From an uncultured bacterium (lineage in GTDB: Bacteria; Zixibacteria; MSB-5A5; GN15; FEB-12): a stretch of DNA of 64,000 nucleotides. Below, one piece after another: positions 25,043 to 35,783 of this stretch; position 1 is the stretch's first letter; each line of letters starts with the position of its first letter. The stretch lies in the NCBI GenBank assembly GCA_965372795.1, contig CBDVDR010000015.1, positions 1 through 64,000 of the forward strand, read 5' to 3'. The notes beneath the pieces are model-generated. The model did no database searches, had not been told where the DNA came from, and was given only the letters and a program-made list of their open reading frames with translations. Made by a program: the position numbers and the translations under genes.

Positions 25043-25525
25043 TTGGCGAAGTTTGAACGGGATATTCAGGAATTTGAAGAGAAAGTTATTGCCGTAAACC
25101 GGGTCGCGAAAGTGGTCAAAGGTGGTCGGCGTTTCAGCTTCACAGCCTTGGTTACCGTAGGTGATCGTAACGGTAAAGTAGGCGTTGGATATGGCAAGGC
25201 TCCTGAAGTTACTGATGCTATCCGTAAAGGCAGCGAAGCCGCCAAAAAGAGCATGACTAAAATGAATCTTCTCGAAGGTACAATTCCTCATCGTATCAAC
25301 GGCAAATTTGGTGCGACAACTGTGATGATGCGTCCGGCTTCTCCCGGTACCGGTGTTATCGCGGGTGGAGTTGTCAGGTCCATTCTAGAGTCTCTTGGCG
25401 TACAGGATATCCTGACAAAAGTTTTGGGCAGCCGTAATCCAAACAATGTGGTTAAAGCTACTCTTGATGGATTGAATAACCTGCGAACACGTGAGCAGGA
25501 ACTCAAGTTTCGTGAGGAAGCTTAA
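25043..25525 (+). CDS. rpsE: 30S ribosomal protein S5
   Basis: [14 protein letters not shown] motif. Confidence 0.99.
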   Translation: MAKFERDIQEFEEKVIAVNRVAKVVKGGRRFSFTALVTVGDRNGKVGVGYGKAPEVTDAIRKGSEAAKKSMTKMNLLEGTIPHRINGKFGATTVMMRPASPGTGVIAGGVVRSILESLGVQDILTKVLGSRNPNNVVKATLDGLNNLRTREQELKFREEA

Positions 25526-25547
25526 CCGGCTTATAGAGGAATAACAA

Positions 25548-25730
25548 ATGCCCAGATTAAAAATTACACAAATGAAAAGTACGATTGATCGGATTGAACC
25601 TCAAAAGAGAACAATCAAAGCATTAGGCTTAGGCCGAATCAGAAAATCAGTGGTACATAATGATACTCCGCAAATTCGTGGAATGATAAATGCGGTATTA
25701 CACTTAATAACAGTTGAAGAAGTTGACTAA
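25548..25730 (+). CDS. rpmD: 50S ribosomal protein L30
   Basis: LKITQMKS...ALGL...IRGMI. Confidence 0.98.
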   Translation: MPRLKITQMKSTIDRIEPQKRTIKALGLGRIRKSVVHNDTPQIRGMINAVLHLITVEEVD

Positions 25731-25749
25731 GGAATAAATCGAGGCAACG

Positions 25750-26187
25750 ATGGAACTACATACTTTAAAACCTGCTGAAGGCTCAAAAAAAACCCGTAAA
25801 AGAGTAGGACGGGGAACCGGTAGTGGACTGGGAAAAACCTCAGGACGCGGCCATAAAGGACAGGGCCAAAGAAGCGGACGTGGAAAAAGACCCGGATTTG
25901 AAGGCGGTCAGATGCCTTTAGCCCGGCGTTTACCAAAACGCGGTTTTACAAATATCTATAAAAAAGAATTTCAGATTGTCAATGTGACAGATCTGAATCG
26001 TTGTGAAACTGGTGAGATTAATATTGAAATACTTAAGAAAGTCGGTCTGATTAAAAAATTGGCCGTTCCTGTTAAGATCTTAGGTAATGGAAGCTTGGAA
26101 AAAGTTTTCACCGTGAAAGTTGCCGCTTTTTCAAAATCGGCTATTACAAAAATTGAAGCTGCTGGTGGAAAGACCGAGGTTGTTTAG
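25750..26187 (+). CDS. rplO: 50S ribosomal protein L15
   Basis: [18 protein letters not shown] motif. Confidence 0.99.
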   Translation: MELHTLKPAEGSKKTRKRVGRGTGSGLGKTSGRGHKGQGQRSGRGKRPGFEGGQMPLARRLPKRGFTNIYKKEFQIVNVTDLNRCETGEINIEILKKVGLIKKLAVPVKILGNGSLEKVFTVKVAAFSKSAITKIEAAGGKTEVV

Positions 26188-27494
26188 TGTTAGATACTTT
26201 TAAATCCATTTTTAAAGTCGAAGAGCTGAGAAAAAGGATTTTATTTACCTTAGCTCTATTGGTTGTCTATCGCATCGGTGGTCATATCCCGACCCCTGGT
26301 GTTGATGGTTCGTTATTAGCATCGGCTATCTCCTCAAATTCAATCTTCGGATTATTTGATCTGTTCGCCGGTGGGGCATTTGCCAAAGCAACTATCTTTG
26401 CTCTGGGTATTATGCCATATATCTCTGCATCAATTATGTTTCAGCTGCTTGGTGCCGTTGTACCTTATATTCAAAGGTTGCAGCGTGAGGGTGAAGAAGG
26501 ACGTCGTAAAATTACCCAGTACACTCGTTACTTGACCGTTCTTATTGCGGTCCTGCAAGCATGGGGTACCGCTGGATTTATTACGACTATTAATTTGAAT
26601 GGCATACAGGCTGTTCATATGAACACGACCGGTTTTATGCTCTTAACCATTCTGACCTTTACATGCGGTACTATCTTCATCATGTATCTCGGTGAGCAAA
26701 TTACTGAACGTGGTATCGGTAATGGTATTTCTCTTATCATTTTCATCGGTATTATCGCCCGGTTCCCGGATGCTGTTATAGATGAAACCCAGCGGGTTTT
26801 ACTTGGCAGTCGTTCATTCTTCCTGGCGGTGGTTATGTTGGCAATGATGATTTTAACAATTGTAGCGGTTATTATGATTACCAGAGCTCAACGAAAAGTT
26901 CCGGTACAATACCCTCGCAAAGTTGTTGGTCGTAAAGTTTTTGGCGGAGCCGCAACCCATCTTCCTCTTTCTGTAAACTCTGCCGGTGTTATTCCGATCA
27001 TTTTTGCTCAGTCAATAATGTTTCTTCCATCAACCGTTGCCCAGCTGTTTCCAAGCACTGACTGGATCCAGAATCTTGTCTCAGTTTGGTTAGCACCTGG
27101 TGAACTGTGGTATTCGATAATTTATGGTTTGATAATTGTCTTCTTTGGTTATTTCTATACGGCGATTGTATTCAATCCGGTAGAAATTGCCAATAATATG
27201 CGTAAAAACGGTGGTTATATCCCTGGTATTCGCCCTGGAAAAAACACTGCTGAATATCTTGAAAAGATTCTTACCCGCATCACGTTGCCCGGAGCTATAT
27301 TCTTTGCGGCAATAGCTGTGCTGCCATGGGTACTTATTTCAAAAGCTAATGTGAACTTCTTCTTCGGCGGTACCGGCCTTCTAATTGTAGTCGGTGTTGC
27401 TCTTGATACTCTTCAACAGGTTGAGTCTCATCTGATGATGCGTCACTATGATGGCTTTATGAAAAAAGGTAAGATCCGCGGGAGATCAATGTAG
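26187..27494 (+). CDS. secY: Preprotein translocase SecY
   Basis: LGIMPYISASI, GIGNGISLII and IPGIRPG motifs. Confidence 0.99.
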   Translation: MLDTFKSIFKVEELRKRILFTLALLVVYRIGGHIPTPGVDGSLLASAISSNSIFGLFDLFAGGAFAKATIFALGIMPYISASIMFQLLGAVVPYIQRLQREGEEGRRKITQYTRYLTVLIAVLQAWGTAGFITTINLNGIQAVHMNTTGFMLLTILTFTCGTIFIMYLGEQITERGIGNGISLIIFIGIIARFPDAVIDETQRVLLGSRSFFLAVVMLAMMILTIVAVIMITRAQRKVPVQYPRKVVGRKVFGGAATHLPLSVNSAGVIPIIFAQSIMFLPSTVAQLFPSTDWIQNLVSVWLAPGELWYSIIYGLIIVFFGYFYTAIVFNPVEIANNMRKNGGYIPGIRPGKNTAEYLEKILTRITLPGAIFFAAIAVLPWVLISKANVNFFFGGTGLLIVVGVALDTLQQVESHLMMRHYDGFMKKGKIRGRSM

Positions 27495-27496
27495 GT

Positions 27497-28138
27497 ATGA
27501 ATCTGTTGTTTTTGGGTCCTCCAGGATCGGGTAAAGGAACCCAGGCGGTTCGTGTTGCTAAGAAATTAGGGGTTGTGCACTTCTCAACCGGCGAAATTCT
27601 ACGCGATGCTATTAAACATGACACCGATCTTGGAAAAAAAGCCAAAGTCTATATGGAAAAAGGAGACTTGGTTCCTGATGAAGTTTTGGTAAGCATGATT
27701 CAAGCAAAAATTGCTTCCGGTGAACTTAGTCAGGGATTTATTCTCGATGGTTTTCCAAGGACTCTTCATCAGGCTGAATGCTTGAAGGAGATGCTCGCCA
27801 AAAACAATATCGTACTTGATAAAGCTGTACTGCTTGATGTCTCTGATGAAGAGATCGTCAAACGCCTCTCAGGCCGCTGGCATTGTCCGGTGTGCGGTGC
27901 TGGATACAATTATCCGGCTCAGGTACCTAAAGTTGAAGGTCATTGTGATAATGAAAATGCCGAATTGGTGCGTCGCCATGATGATGAAGTGGACGTCGTT
28001 CAAAACAGGCTTGAAGTTTATAAAAAACAGACTGAACCGATTGTTGCCTTTTATAAGAATGAATCTATTCTGGCACCGATTGACGGGCATACTAACCCGG
28101 ATGAAGTTTTTCAGTCTTTAGTGGAAGTAGTAAAGTAA
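27497..28138 (+). CDS. adk: Adenylate kinase
   Basis: GPPGSGKGTQ P-loop, LDGFPRT, Cys-containing lid. Confidence 0.99.
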   Translation: MNLLFLGPPGSGKGTQAVRVAKKLGVVHFSTGEILRDAIKHDTDLGKKAKVYMEKGDLVPDEVLVSMIQAKIASGELSQGFILDGFPRTLHQAECLKEMLAKNNIVLDKAVLLDVSDEEIVKRLSGRWHCPVCGAGYNYPAQVPKVEGHCDNENAELVRRHDDEVDVVQNRLEVYKKQTEPIVAFYKNESILAPIDGHTNPDEVFQSLVEVVK

Positions 28139-28145
28139 GTTTATT

Positions 28146-28892
28146 GTGATTATTTTGAAGTCAAAAGAAGAAATTGAAATCATGCGACGGGCGGGTCGGG
28201 TTGTTGCCGAGGTCCTTGATCTCGTAGGTCACAACATCAAAGCCGGTATGCTGACTTCTGAGTTGGATGCCCTGATTGAAGAGAATATCTGTTCTCGGGG
28301 TGCAATTCCGGGCTTCAAAAATTATCATGGATATCCTGCCTCAGCTTGTATCTCTATCAACGAAGAAGTTGTTCATGGAATTCCAACTAATCGGAAGATC
28401 GTGGATGGGGATATTGTCTCTGTCGATATCGGATCAATTGTTGATGAATTTTACGGCGATTCCGCCCGAACCTTCCCAATTGGCAATATTTCGAAAGAAA
28501 AAGCCGATTTGATGGAAAATACTAAACAATCATTGATAGCAGGTATTGACAAAGCAAGAAAAGGCAATAAATTAGGGGAGATTTCAGCTGCTGTTCAATC
28601 AACCGCTGAAGGACAAGGATATGGTGTGGTTCGGCAATTAGTTGGTCATGGGATTGGACGTAATATGCATGAAGAACCGCAGGTGCCAAATTTTGGATCT
28701 CCAAATGATGGTCCAATATTAGAACCGGGAATGGTTATTGCAATTGAACCCATGATTAATATGGGTACTTATGAAGTGAAAACTTTACCCGATGGATGGA
28801 CTGTTGTTACCGCTGATGGAAGACCATCGGCACATTTTGAACACACGGTAGCTATCACTGATGGCGAACCGGATATATTAAGTATTGCATAA
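28146..28892 (+). CDS. map: Methionine aminopeptidase type I
   Basis: GHGIG..MHEEP, EPM and SAHFEHT motifs. Confidence 0.99.
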   Translation: MIILKSKEEIEIMRRAGRVVAEVLDLVGHNIKAGMLTSELDALIEENICSRGAIPGFKNYHGYPASACISINEEVVHGIPTNRKIVDGDIVSVDIGSIVDEFYGDSARTFPIGNISKEKADLMENTKQSLIAGIDKARKGNKLGEISAAVQSTAEGQGYGVVRQLVGHGIGRNMHEEPQVPNFGSPNDGPILEPGMVIAIEPMINMGTYEVKTLPDGWTVVTADGRPSAHFEHTVAITDGEPDILSIA

Positions 28893-28900
28893 GGATAAAA

Positions 28901-29119
28901 ATGGCAAAAGAAGTAAACATCAAGGTTGAAGGAAAAGTAATTGAACCACTGCCAAATGCTATGTTTAAAGTGGAACTTGACAACGGCCATGTTGTTTTAG
29001 CTCATGTGTCCGGAAAAATGAGAATGCATTTTATTAAGATATTGCCCGGCGATAAAGTAACTTTAGAACTCTCGCCCTATGATTTGACACGCGGTAGAAT
29101 AACTTATCGCTATAAGTAA
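28901..29119 (+). CDS. infA: Translation initiation factor IF-1
   Basis: SGKMR...[13 protein letters not shown]. Confidence 0.99.
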   Translation: MAKEVNIKVEGKVIEPLPNAMFKVELDNGHVVLAHVSGKMRMHFIKILPGDKVTLELSPYDLTRGRITYRYK

Positions 29120-29130
29120 AGGTTGATGAC

Positions 29131-29247
29131 ATGAAAGTAAAATCAGCTGTTAAAAAACGCTGTGAACATTGTAAGATTATTAAAAGACGTGGAATTATCA
29201 GAGTAATATGCTCGAAAAGTCCAAGTCATAAACAGCGTCAAGGTTAG
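29131..29247 (+). CDS. rpmJ: 50S ribosomal protein L36
   Basis: Translated by hand: [38 protein letters not shown]; not in ORF track. Confidence 0.98.
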   Translation: MKVKSAVKKRCEHCKIIKRRGIIRVICSKSPSHKQRQG

Positions 29248-29283
29248 AAAAAAAATAGTAATTTATAATATAAGGAGATACCA

Positions 29284-29658
29284 GTGGCACGTATTGCTGG
29301 TGTAGACTTACCAAGAGAAAAAAGAGTTGAAATCGGTCTTAGATATATTTTTGGAATTGGTCCTTTTATATCATCTCAGATTCTAAAAAAGACCGGCATT
29401 AGTCCTGACACACGGGTCAACAAACTGACCGATGAAGAAGTCGCAAAACTTCGTAATGTTATCGAAGAAGACTACAACGTCGAAGGTGCCCTTAGAGGTC
29501 AGGTTAATATGAATATTAAACGGCTGGTCGATATCGGCTCCTATCGTGGATTACGCCATAGAAGAGGATTGCCTTGCCGCGGTCAGCGGACCAAAACCAA
29601 TGCCAGGACCCGTAAAGGTCGTAAGGCTTCAATTGGCGGTCTGAAGAGAAAGAAATAG
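29284..29658 (+). CDS. rpsM: 30S ribosomal protein S13
   Basis: [10 protein letters not shown] and [14 protein letters not shown] motifs. Confidence 0.99.
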   Translation: MARIAGVDLPREKRVEIGLRYIFGIGPFISSQILKKTGISPDTRVNKLTDEEVAKLRNVIEEDYNVEGALRGQVNMNIKRLVDIGSYRGLRHRRGLPCRGQRTKTNARTRKGRKASIGGLKRKK

Positions 29659-29681
29659 TTTTAAACTAATAGAGGTGTTTT

Positions 29682-30077
29682 GTGGCGGATCCAAAGAAAA
29701 AAGGTCGCTCTAAAAAGAAAAGTCGTAAAGTAGAAGCTAACGGCGTGGTCCATATTAAGGCTACGTTTAATAATACCATTGTCACTATTACCGATAATAA
29801 CGGTGGCGTGATTTCATGGGGTACGGCCGGTAAAGTTGGCTTTAAAGGTTCTAAAAAATCTACTCCTTTTGCCGCCCAGCAGGCTGCTACCATTGCCGCT
29901 AAAGAAGCAATGGATATGGGCTTAAGAAAAGTAGAAATTCAAGTAAAAGGTCCCGGTTCCGGACGTGAAGCTGCGATAAGATCATTATCTGCCGCCGGAC
30001 TCGAGATTGCGGTTATTAAGGATGTTACACCGATTCCACATAATGGGTGCCGTCCTCCGAAACGAAGAAGAGTATAA
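29682..30077 (+). CDS. rpsK: 30S ribosomal protein S11
   Basis: [18 protein letters not shown] motif. Confidence 0.99.
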   Translation: MADPKKKGRSKKKSRKVEANGVVHIKATFNNTIVTITDNNGGVISWGTAGKVGFKGSKKSTPFAAQQAATIAAKEAMDMGLRKVEIQVKGPGSGREAAIRSLSAAGLEIAVIKDVTPIPHNGCRPPKRRRV

Positions 30078-30101
30078 CGGTAAGATAGGAGTTTTATTTT
30101 A

Positions 30102-30731
30102 ATGGCTAGATATCGCGAAGCAAACTGTAAGCTGTGTCGTCGGGAAGGTGAGAAGCTCTTCTTAAAGGGAACTCGCTGTACCTCCGATAAGTGTTCTTTT
30201 GATCGTCGTGGATTTGCTCCAGGACAGCATGGTCAAAGAACCCGTCGGAAAGTATCCTCGTATGGTATTCAGTTGCGCGAAAAACAGAAAGTCCGTCGTA
30301 TTTACGGCGTTCTGGAAAAACAGTTCAAGAACTACTTCAAAACTGCTGACAAAAAAGCCGGTATTACCGGTGAAATTTTGCTACAGCTGCTTGAGAGTAG
30401 ACTTGATAATCTCGTTTATCGTTTAGGATTTGCTCCATCACGCAAAGCTGCGCGTCAGCTGGTTAGACACCGCCACGTCACAGTTAACGGTCAGTTAGTT
30501 GACATTCCTTCGTATCAGGTACGTCCAAACGAAATTATTAAAGTACGTGAAAAATCTAAAAATCTCGAACTGATTCATGCCGCTCTCAAAGATGTTGGTC
30601 GCGGTGACGAATTAGTTTGGTTGAGACTAAATAAGGCGGCTCTGGAAGGTGAACTTTTGGAAATTCCAAAAAGACTAGATATTCCAATGACCGTAAATGA
30701 ACAGCTAATCGTAGAGCTTTATTCTAAATAA
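30102..30731 (+). CDS. rpsD: 30S ribosomal protein S4 (four-Cys N-terminus)
   Basis: CKLCRRE...C...C, LESRLDN and LIVELYSK motifs. Confidence 0.99.
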   Translation: MARYREANCKLCRREGEKLFLKGTRCTSDKCSFDRRGFAPGQHGQRTRRKVSSYGIQLREKQKVRRIYGVLEKQFKNYFKTADKKAGITGEILLQLLESRLDNLVYRLGFAPSRKAARQLVRHRHVTVNGQLVDIPSYQVRPNEIIKVREKSKNLELIHAALKDVGRGDELVWLRLNKAALEGELLEIPKRLDIPMTVNEQLIVELYSK

Positions 30732-30763
30732 GGAAATCCCGGAATTTGGGAGGATTCGGATAT

Positions 30764-31747
30764 ATGAAATGGAAGCCATTGACAATGCCGAAAGAAGTCG
30801 TAATTGACCAATCATCGGCTACTGATAATTATTCTCGCTTTATAGTTGAACCACTCGAAAGAGGTTATGGTGCAACTTTGGGGAACGCCCTTAGAAGAGT
30901 TCTACTCGGCTCAATTCAAGGAGCTGCGGTAGTATCTATTCGAATTAGGGGGTGCCTCCACGAATTTTCGACTGTCTCAGGCGTTTTCGAGGATGTTACA
31001 AACATTATTCTTAATGTTAAGAATATCCGTATGAAAATGTATGCTGATGATATGCGCACTTTGAGTTTGAAAGCTAACTCAAAAGGCATTATTACTGCTG
31101 GTATGTTTACTGGTGATACCGAAATTGAAGTAATAAATCCTGATCTGCACATTTGTGAACTGACGGAAGATGTTGAATTCGAAATGGAAATCGATGTCGA
31201 CTCTGGGCAAAGCTATTGTCTTGCTGACCAAAATCAGCGCCCGGATGTCCCGGCAGGTACAATTTTTATTGATTCACTTTATTCACCGGTTGTCAAAGTC
31301 TCTTACCTTGTCGAAAACACTCGGGTTGGACAAAGAACTGATTTTGATCGTTTGATTATGGAACTTACTACCGATGGTACTATTACACCTGAAGACGCCC
31401 TTAGTTATGCAGCAAAACTGCAGAAAGACCATCTCCAATTGTTTATCCATATGGATGAAACAATTATGGTCGAAGAGGAGCCAGAAGAAGACGAAGAAAC
31501 CGTCCGCGTAAGAAATCTGTTAAAAACAAGAGTCGATGAACTCGAACTTTCGGTCAGATCCTCAAACTGCCTCCGGGCAGCAAATATTCAGAATCTGGCT
31601 GAATTAGTCACTAAATCTGAAAGTGAAATGCTCAAATATCGTAATTTTGGGCGTAAATCACTGAACGAAATTGGTGCCATTTTGGAAGAATTAGAATTGT
31701 CATTTGGGATGGATATCTCAAGTTTCATTGAACCGCAAAACAATTAG
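30764..31747 (+). CDS. rpoA: RNA polymerase alpha subunit
   Basis: EPLERGYGATLGNALRR, LSVRSSNCL and NFGRKSL; ATG 30764 follows GGGAGG. Confidence 0.99.
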   Translation: MKWKPLTMPKEVVIDQSSATDNYSRFIVEPLERGYGATLGNALRRVLLGSIQGAAVVSIRIRGCLHEFSTVSGVFEDVTNIILNVKNIRMKMYADDMRTLSLKANSKGIITAGMFTGDTEIEVINPDLHICELTEDVEFEMEIDVDSGQSYCLADQNQRPDVPAGTIFIDSLYSPVVKVSYLVENTRVGQRTDFDRLIMELTTDGTITPEDALSYAAKLQKDHLQLFIHMDETIMVEEEPEEDEETVRVRNLLKTRVDELELSVRSSNCLRAANIQNLAELVTKSESEMLKYRNFGRKSLNEIGAILEELELSFGMDISSFIEPQNN

Positions 31748-31764
31748 TAAATTGAAAGTATAAG

Positions 31765-32190
31765 ATGGGACATCGCGATAAAGTAAAAAAGCTGGGACGA
31801 ACTAAACCACATCGTGAAGCAATGTTGGCAAATATGGCCATGTCGCTTTTTTTGCATCGTATCATCAAAACTACCGATGCTAAAGCTAAAGCTCTTAAAC
31901 CGGTAGTGGATCGTCTGATTACTCAGGCGAAACAAGACACCTTGCATTCAAAACGTCTGGTTGCTAAAATTGTGAAACAGAAAGATGTGTTTAAAAAGCT
32001 CTTTGCTGAGATAGTCCCACAGCTTTCTGACCGCAACTCCGGTTACACCCGAGTTATAAAACTTGGTGTGCGCCGTGGTGACGGTGCCTCTATGTCTGTT
32101 GTCGAACTAATGATTGAAAGAAAAGTCGAAGAGACTGATAAGAAAGACAAAAAGGCAAAGAAGGATAAAAAAGCTGCCAAAGCTGAGTAA
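31765..32190 (+). CDS. rplQ: 50S ribosomal protein L17
   Basis: KLGR..HR and GYTRVIK..RRGDGA motifs. Confidence 0.99.
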   Translation: MGHRDKVKKLGRTKPHREAMLANMAMSLFLHRIIKTTDAKAKALKPVVDRLITQAKQDTLHSKRLVAKIVKQKDVFKKLFAEIVPQLSDRNSGYTRVIKLGVRRGDGASMSVVELMIERKVEETDKKDKKAKKDKKAAKAE

Positions 32191-32216
32191 TTTGCAGCTA
32201 ACATTTTGAAATTGTT

Positions 32217-32246
32217 AAAAGCCCGCTATAAAGCGGGCTTTTTTTT
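32217..32246 (+). terminator. Intrinsic terminator closing the ribosomal supercluster
   Basis: AAAAGCCCGCT-ataa-AGCGGGCTTTTTTTT. Confidence 0.92.
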
Positions 32247-32400
32247 GTTCTATAATAAAAACTTCACATAAATTACTTGTGTCATCATTTTTGAACGACT
32301 ATAATTATTCTAAAGCTGCACGTTAACTCGTGCCTTGAATCGATTGAATCAGCTTGTTTTAACTATTTATCGCATAAACCATAAAATAAGTCGAGGGGTT

Positions 32401-32871
32401 ATGACTGATCAATTACAAAAAAAAAGGATGTCCAAAGGTTGTTTGGTATCATTAATCGTTGTCGGCGTTATTGCCTTAATGATTATTGCTGCCTCAGTTA
32501 CCTGTTGGATGAAAAAAGATGATTTAGCCCGTTTTGCTGTTCAAGCAGTGTTGGATAACACCAAACAGATGATGATTGATGAACCGATTGAAGGAATTGA
32601 CAATGAAAAATTCACGGTACTGTCTGATGCCTTTGTACTGAAATTTACAGAGACTGAATTAGACTACCAGATGTATGGCGATTTCTTCCAAAAGATTCAG
32701 ACTATGCCAAGTGATAAAAAAGTAGATTATAAAGAAGCGATTAATTTGTCGAAAGCGATGGTGGAATATTTTCCGGAACTCGAAGAATATTTACCGATCA
32801 CCTATAATACTGATGGGCTTGAAAGTCCTGCAGAAGAAGATACAACAACAGAGGAAACAACTGCCGAATAG
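32401..32871 (+). CDS. Hypothetical single-pass membrane protein
   Basis: ATG after GAGGGG; basic N-terminus, 'KGCLV' TM helix, acidic C-tail. Confidence 0.75.
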   Translation: MTDQLQKKRMSKGCLVSLIVVGVIALMIIAASVTCWMKKDDLARFAVQAVLDNTKQMMIDEPIEGIDNEKFTVLSDAFVLKFTETELDYQMYGDFFQKIQTMPSDKKVDYKEAINLSKAMVEYFPELEEYLPITYNTDGLESPAEEDTTTEETTAE

Positions 32872-32888
32872 GAGTTGGATTAAATTAA

Positions 32889-33539
32889 ATGGTGGTTATT
32901 CCGATTTTTCTGGCTTATCTGATTGGTGCAATACCATTCGGTTTGATTGTGGCACGCATCTTTGGCATTGAAGACATTAGAAAACATGGCTCCGGTAATA
33001 TCGGGGCAACCAATGTCTGGAGGATTGCCGGAGGTAAAGCTGCCGCTTGGGTCTTTGCCAGTGATATGTTGAAAGGCTCCCTGGCTGTTTTAATTGCTCA
33101 ATTCGCCCATCAACAATTCAATCTGACCGCTGTGAATATTGATTTATTAATGGTGAGCGCCGGAGTTGCAGCAGTGCTTGGACATGTTTTTCCGGTATAT
33201 CTAAAATTCAAAGGCGGGAAGGGTGTCAATACTGCCTTTGGCGTCATGGCTACGCTGTTGCCCGTTGCAAGTGTGATTGGGATTGGAATTTTTGGAGTAG
33301 TCGCGTTGATAACGCGTTATATATCGCTTGGCTCAATGTTAGGTGCCTTGAGCTTTTGTCTAATTGTAATTTGGGAAAAGTTTGGAATGAATAAAGAGAT
33401 TGCTGATATTTATATTTATATATCAATTTTGATGACTCTGCTGATTTTAATTACTCATCATCAGAATATCCGCAGGTTACTCACCGGAACCGAAAGTCGT
33501 TTTTCATTCTCATCAAAAAAGAAAGATAAAGCAGAATGA
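32889..33539 (+). CDS. plsY: Glycerol-3-phosphate acyltransferase PlsY
   Basis: GSGNIGATN, GHVFP..FKGGKGV and HHQNIRRL motifs. Confidence 0.97.
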   Translation: MVVIPIFLAYLIGAIPFGLIVARIFGIEDIRKHGSGNIGATNVWRIAGGKAAAWVFASDMLKGSLAVLIAQFAHQQFNLTAVNIDLLMVSAGVAAVLGHVFPVYLKFKGGKGVNTAFGVMATLLPVASVIGIGIFGVVALITRYISLGSMLGALSFCLIVIWEKFGMNKEIADIYIYISILMTLLILITHHQNIRRLLTGTESRFSFSSKKKDKAE

Positions 33540-34537
33540 AGAAAAATATTACTATTCTCGGTGCCGGTTCATGGGGGATGGCAATCGCACACCTGCTTTC
33601 CCTAAATGGTCATAAGGTTACTTTGTGGGAATTTGATAAGAACGAATATGAAAAACTTTTAAAATTTAGGACAATTCCTAAAAAATTAGAAAATTTCAAA
33701 CTCCCTGATGATGTTATAATTTCCAATGAGTTAGCCGGTGCCATCAACGATTCCTCGATTATAGTTTCAGCCCTACCATCACAAATACTAAGATCGGTCC
33801 TCAAACAGATTAAAACTGTTTCCGAAGATGTTGGCATCGTCAACCTTGCCAAAGGGGTCGAGACTGATACTTTGAAAAGAATGTCAGAAATTATTAACGA
33901 AGAAATTTCGATGCCACAGGCAAAAGTTGTTACCCTGTCAGGTCCATCTCATGCCGAAGAAGTAGTGCGGGGGCTTCCGACAACAGTCGTTGCGGCGGGT
34001 AATTCAAAAGAGTTTGTGTTATTGATTCAGGAAATTTTCAGTAATAAAGTTTTCAGGGTTTATGGAAGTGATGATTTAATCGGTGTCGAACTCGGGGGAG
34101 CCTTAAAAAATATTATCGCAATCGGCTCCGGTATCGCTGATGGCTTAAAAATGGGAGACAATGCCCGCGGAGCCTTGATAACCCGGGGCTTGGCTGAAAT
34201 TTCCCGTTTAGGGGTTGCCATGGGTGGCAAAACCTCAACCTTTGCCGGATTATCAGGAATCGGCGACTTAATTACAACCTGCAGTTCACAACACAGTCGT
34301 AATAGATTTGTGGGTGAAAAACTTGGCCGGGGAATCAAACTAGGTGAAATTTTGGAATCAATGTCGATGGTTGCAGAAGGGGTCGAAACAACCCGCTCCG
34401 GCTATGCCTTATCAAAAAAATATGATGTCGAGATGCCAATTACCAATGAAGTTTATAAAGTTCTGTTTGAAGATAAATCACCGTTGCCGGCTGTTCAAGA
34501 GCTTATGAGTCGTAAATTGAAATCAGAAGTTTGGTAG
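33536..34537 (+). CDS. gpsA: NAD(P)H-dependent glycerol-3-phosphate dehydrogenase
   Basis: GAGSWG, GPSHAEEV, GGALKN and SRNR motifs. Confidence 0.98.
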   Translation: MKKNITILGAGSWGMAIAHLLSLNGHKVTLWEFDKNEYEKLLKFRTIPKKLENFKLPDDVIISNELAGAINDSSIIVSALPSQILRSVLKQIKTVSEDVGIVNLAKGVETDTLKRMSEIINEEISMPQAKVVTLSGPSHAEEVVRGLPTTVVAAGNSKEFVLLIQEIFSNKVFRVYGSDDLIGVELGGALKNIIAIGSGIADGLKMGDNARGALITRGLAEISRLGVAMGGKTSTFAGLSGIGDLITTCSSQHSRNRFVGEKLGRGIKLGEILESMSMVAEGVETTRSGYALSKKYDVEMPITNEVYKVLFEDKSPLPAVQELMSRKLKSEVW

Positions 34538-34557
34538 AAATAGATTAAGGAAAATTT

Positions 34558-34908
34558 ATGGGGAAACTGAACATGGCCAAAAAACTTTACTACTCAATTA
34601 GTGAAGTTGCCAAAATTACAAGTTTGGAACAGTTTGTTCTCAGATATTGGGAAAAAGAATTTCCCACCTTGAAACCGAAAAAAAATCGGGGCGGAAATAG
34701 AATCTACACCGACAAAGACATCGAGACTATCAACCAGATTAAATTTCTGAGAACTAAAGAAAAACTCACCATCGAAGGTGCCCGAAAAAAACTGAGTATG
34801 AGAAAACCAAGCGAAGTTAAAACTACCTCGCTAAACTCCGCAAAAGCCAAAACTATCACCGGTCAAATAAGAAAAGACGTTGAAGATCTGCTCAAAATTT
34901 TCTCTTGA
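34558..34908 (+). CDS. MerR-family HTH regulator
   Basis: YYSISEVA...LRYWEKEF...GNRIYT; alternative start 34573. Confidence 0.92.
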   Translation: MGKLNMAKKLYYSISEVAKITSLEQFVLRYWEKEFPTLKPKKNRGGNRIYTDKDIETINQIKFLRTKEKLTIEGARKKLSMRKPSEVKTTSLNSAKAKTITGQIRKDVEDLLKIFS

Positions 34909-34949
34909 GTTTTCATGGTTTTTCTATAGATTGGGCGTACTAAATATGT

Positions 34950-35027
34950 CGGAGCGTAGCGCAGCCTGGTTAGCGCACTCGCCTGGGGTGCGAGAGGTCG
35001 GCCGTTCAAATCGGCTCGCTCCGACCA
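34950..35027 (+). tRNA. tRNA-Pro(GGG)
   Basis: CGGAGCG/CGCTCCG acceptor, CTCGC-CTGGGGT-GCGAG anticodon arm, encoded CCA. Confidence 0.95.
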
Positions 35028-35088
35028 TTATTTTTATTATATTCCACAACAATAAATTGCGTATAATTAGTTAAACAATTGGTTAACT

Positions 35089-35766
35089 ATGAATATGAAC
35101 AAACATACAGCTCTGGTTCTCATCCCGGCTTACAATGCCGGCAAATATCTCGATGATCTTATTATCCGGGTAAAAAAATATGTCTGCGATGAAAATATGC
35201 TTTTTATTGACGATGGCTCGACTGATAACACTCTTGAAAAACTCCGCGAACATGAAGTAAAATATATCTCTTTCAAACAAAATCGCGGTAAAGGCGCCGG
35301 ACTGTTAGCCGGATTTGAATATGCGATTGAACGAAACTACCGCTCGGTGTTGACTCTTGATGCCGATTTGCAGCATCTTCCCGAAGAAATTCCGCGCTTT
35401 TTCGCGTTGGATAACGGCAAACGTTTCATTCTCGGTGTACGGGATATTGATCTGAAAGTAATGCCGTTTGAACGATGGCTGACTAATAATTTGTCTTCAA
35501 TAATTATCTCGATCTTTTCAACCAAACGGATGCGCGATACCCAGACCGGCTACCGGTTGATTCCAACTTCTTTACTTGAAGCGATTGATCTGAAAACGAC
35601 TAATTATGATCTTGAATCGGAGATGCTTTTCAAAGCGGGACAGACCGATCTTGAGATGGCGGAGGTCCCAATTTCAACGGTGTATGAGGGCTCGCATTCT
35701 TATATTAATCCTTTTGTGGATACCGGACGATTTATCAAGCAGACCTGGAAACGCATCTGGATGTAG
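35089..35766 (+). CDS. GT2 glycosyltransferase (DPM synthase-like)
   Basis: IPAYN, DDGSTD, NRGKG, DADLQH and DTQTGYR motifs. Confidence 0.93.
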   Translation: MNMNKHTALVLIPAYNAGKYLDDLIIRVKKYVCDENMLFIDDGSTDNTLEKLREHEVKYISFKQNRGKGAGLLAGFEYAIERNYRSVLTLDADLQHLPEEIPRFFALDNGKRFILGVRDIDLKVMPFERWLTNNLSSIIISIFSTKRMRDTQTGYRLIPTSLLEAIDLKTTNYDLESEMLFKAGQTDLEMAEVPISTVYEGSHSYINPFVDTGRFIKQTWKRIWM

Positions 35767-35783
35767 CGGTGGAACTTCTTACC

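Noticed and set aside
2220..31947. Many antisense and off-frame ORFs in the ribosomal cluster (e.g. 2220-2669, 20751-21188, 22845-23447)
   Set aside because: Shadows of conserved genes with no recognisable motifs.
34880..35074. 64-aa ORF, and likewise the minus-strand ORF 39012-39422
   Set aside because: They span tRNA genes; spurious translations.
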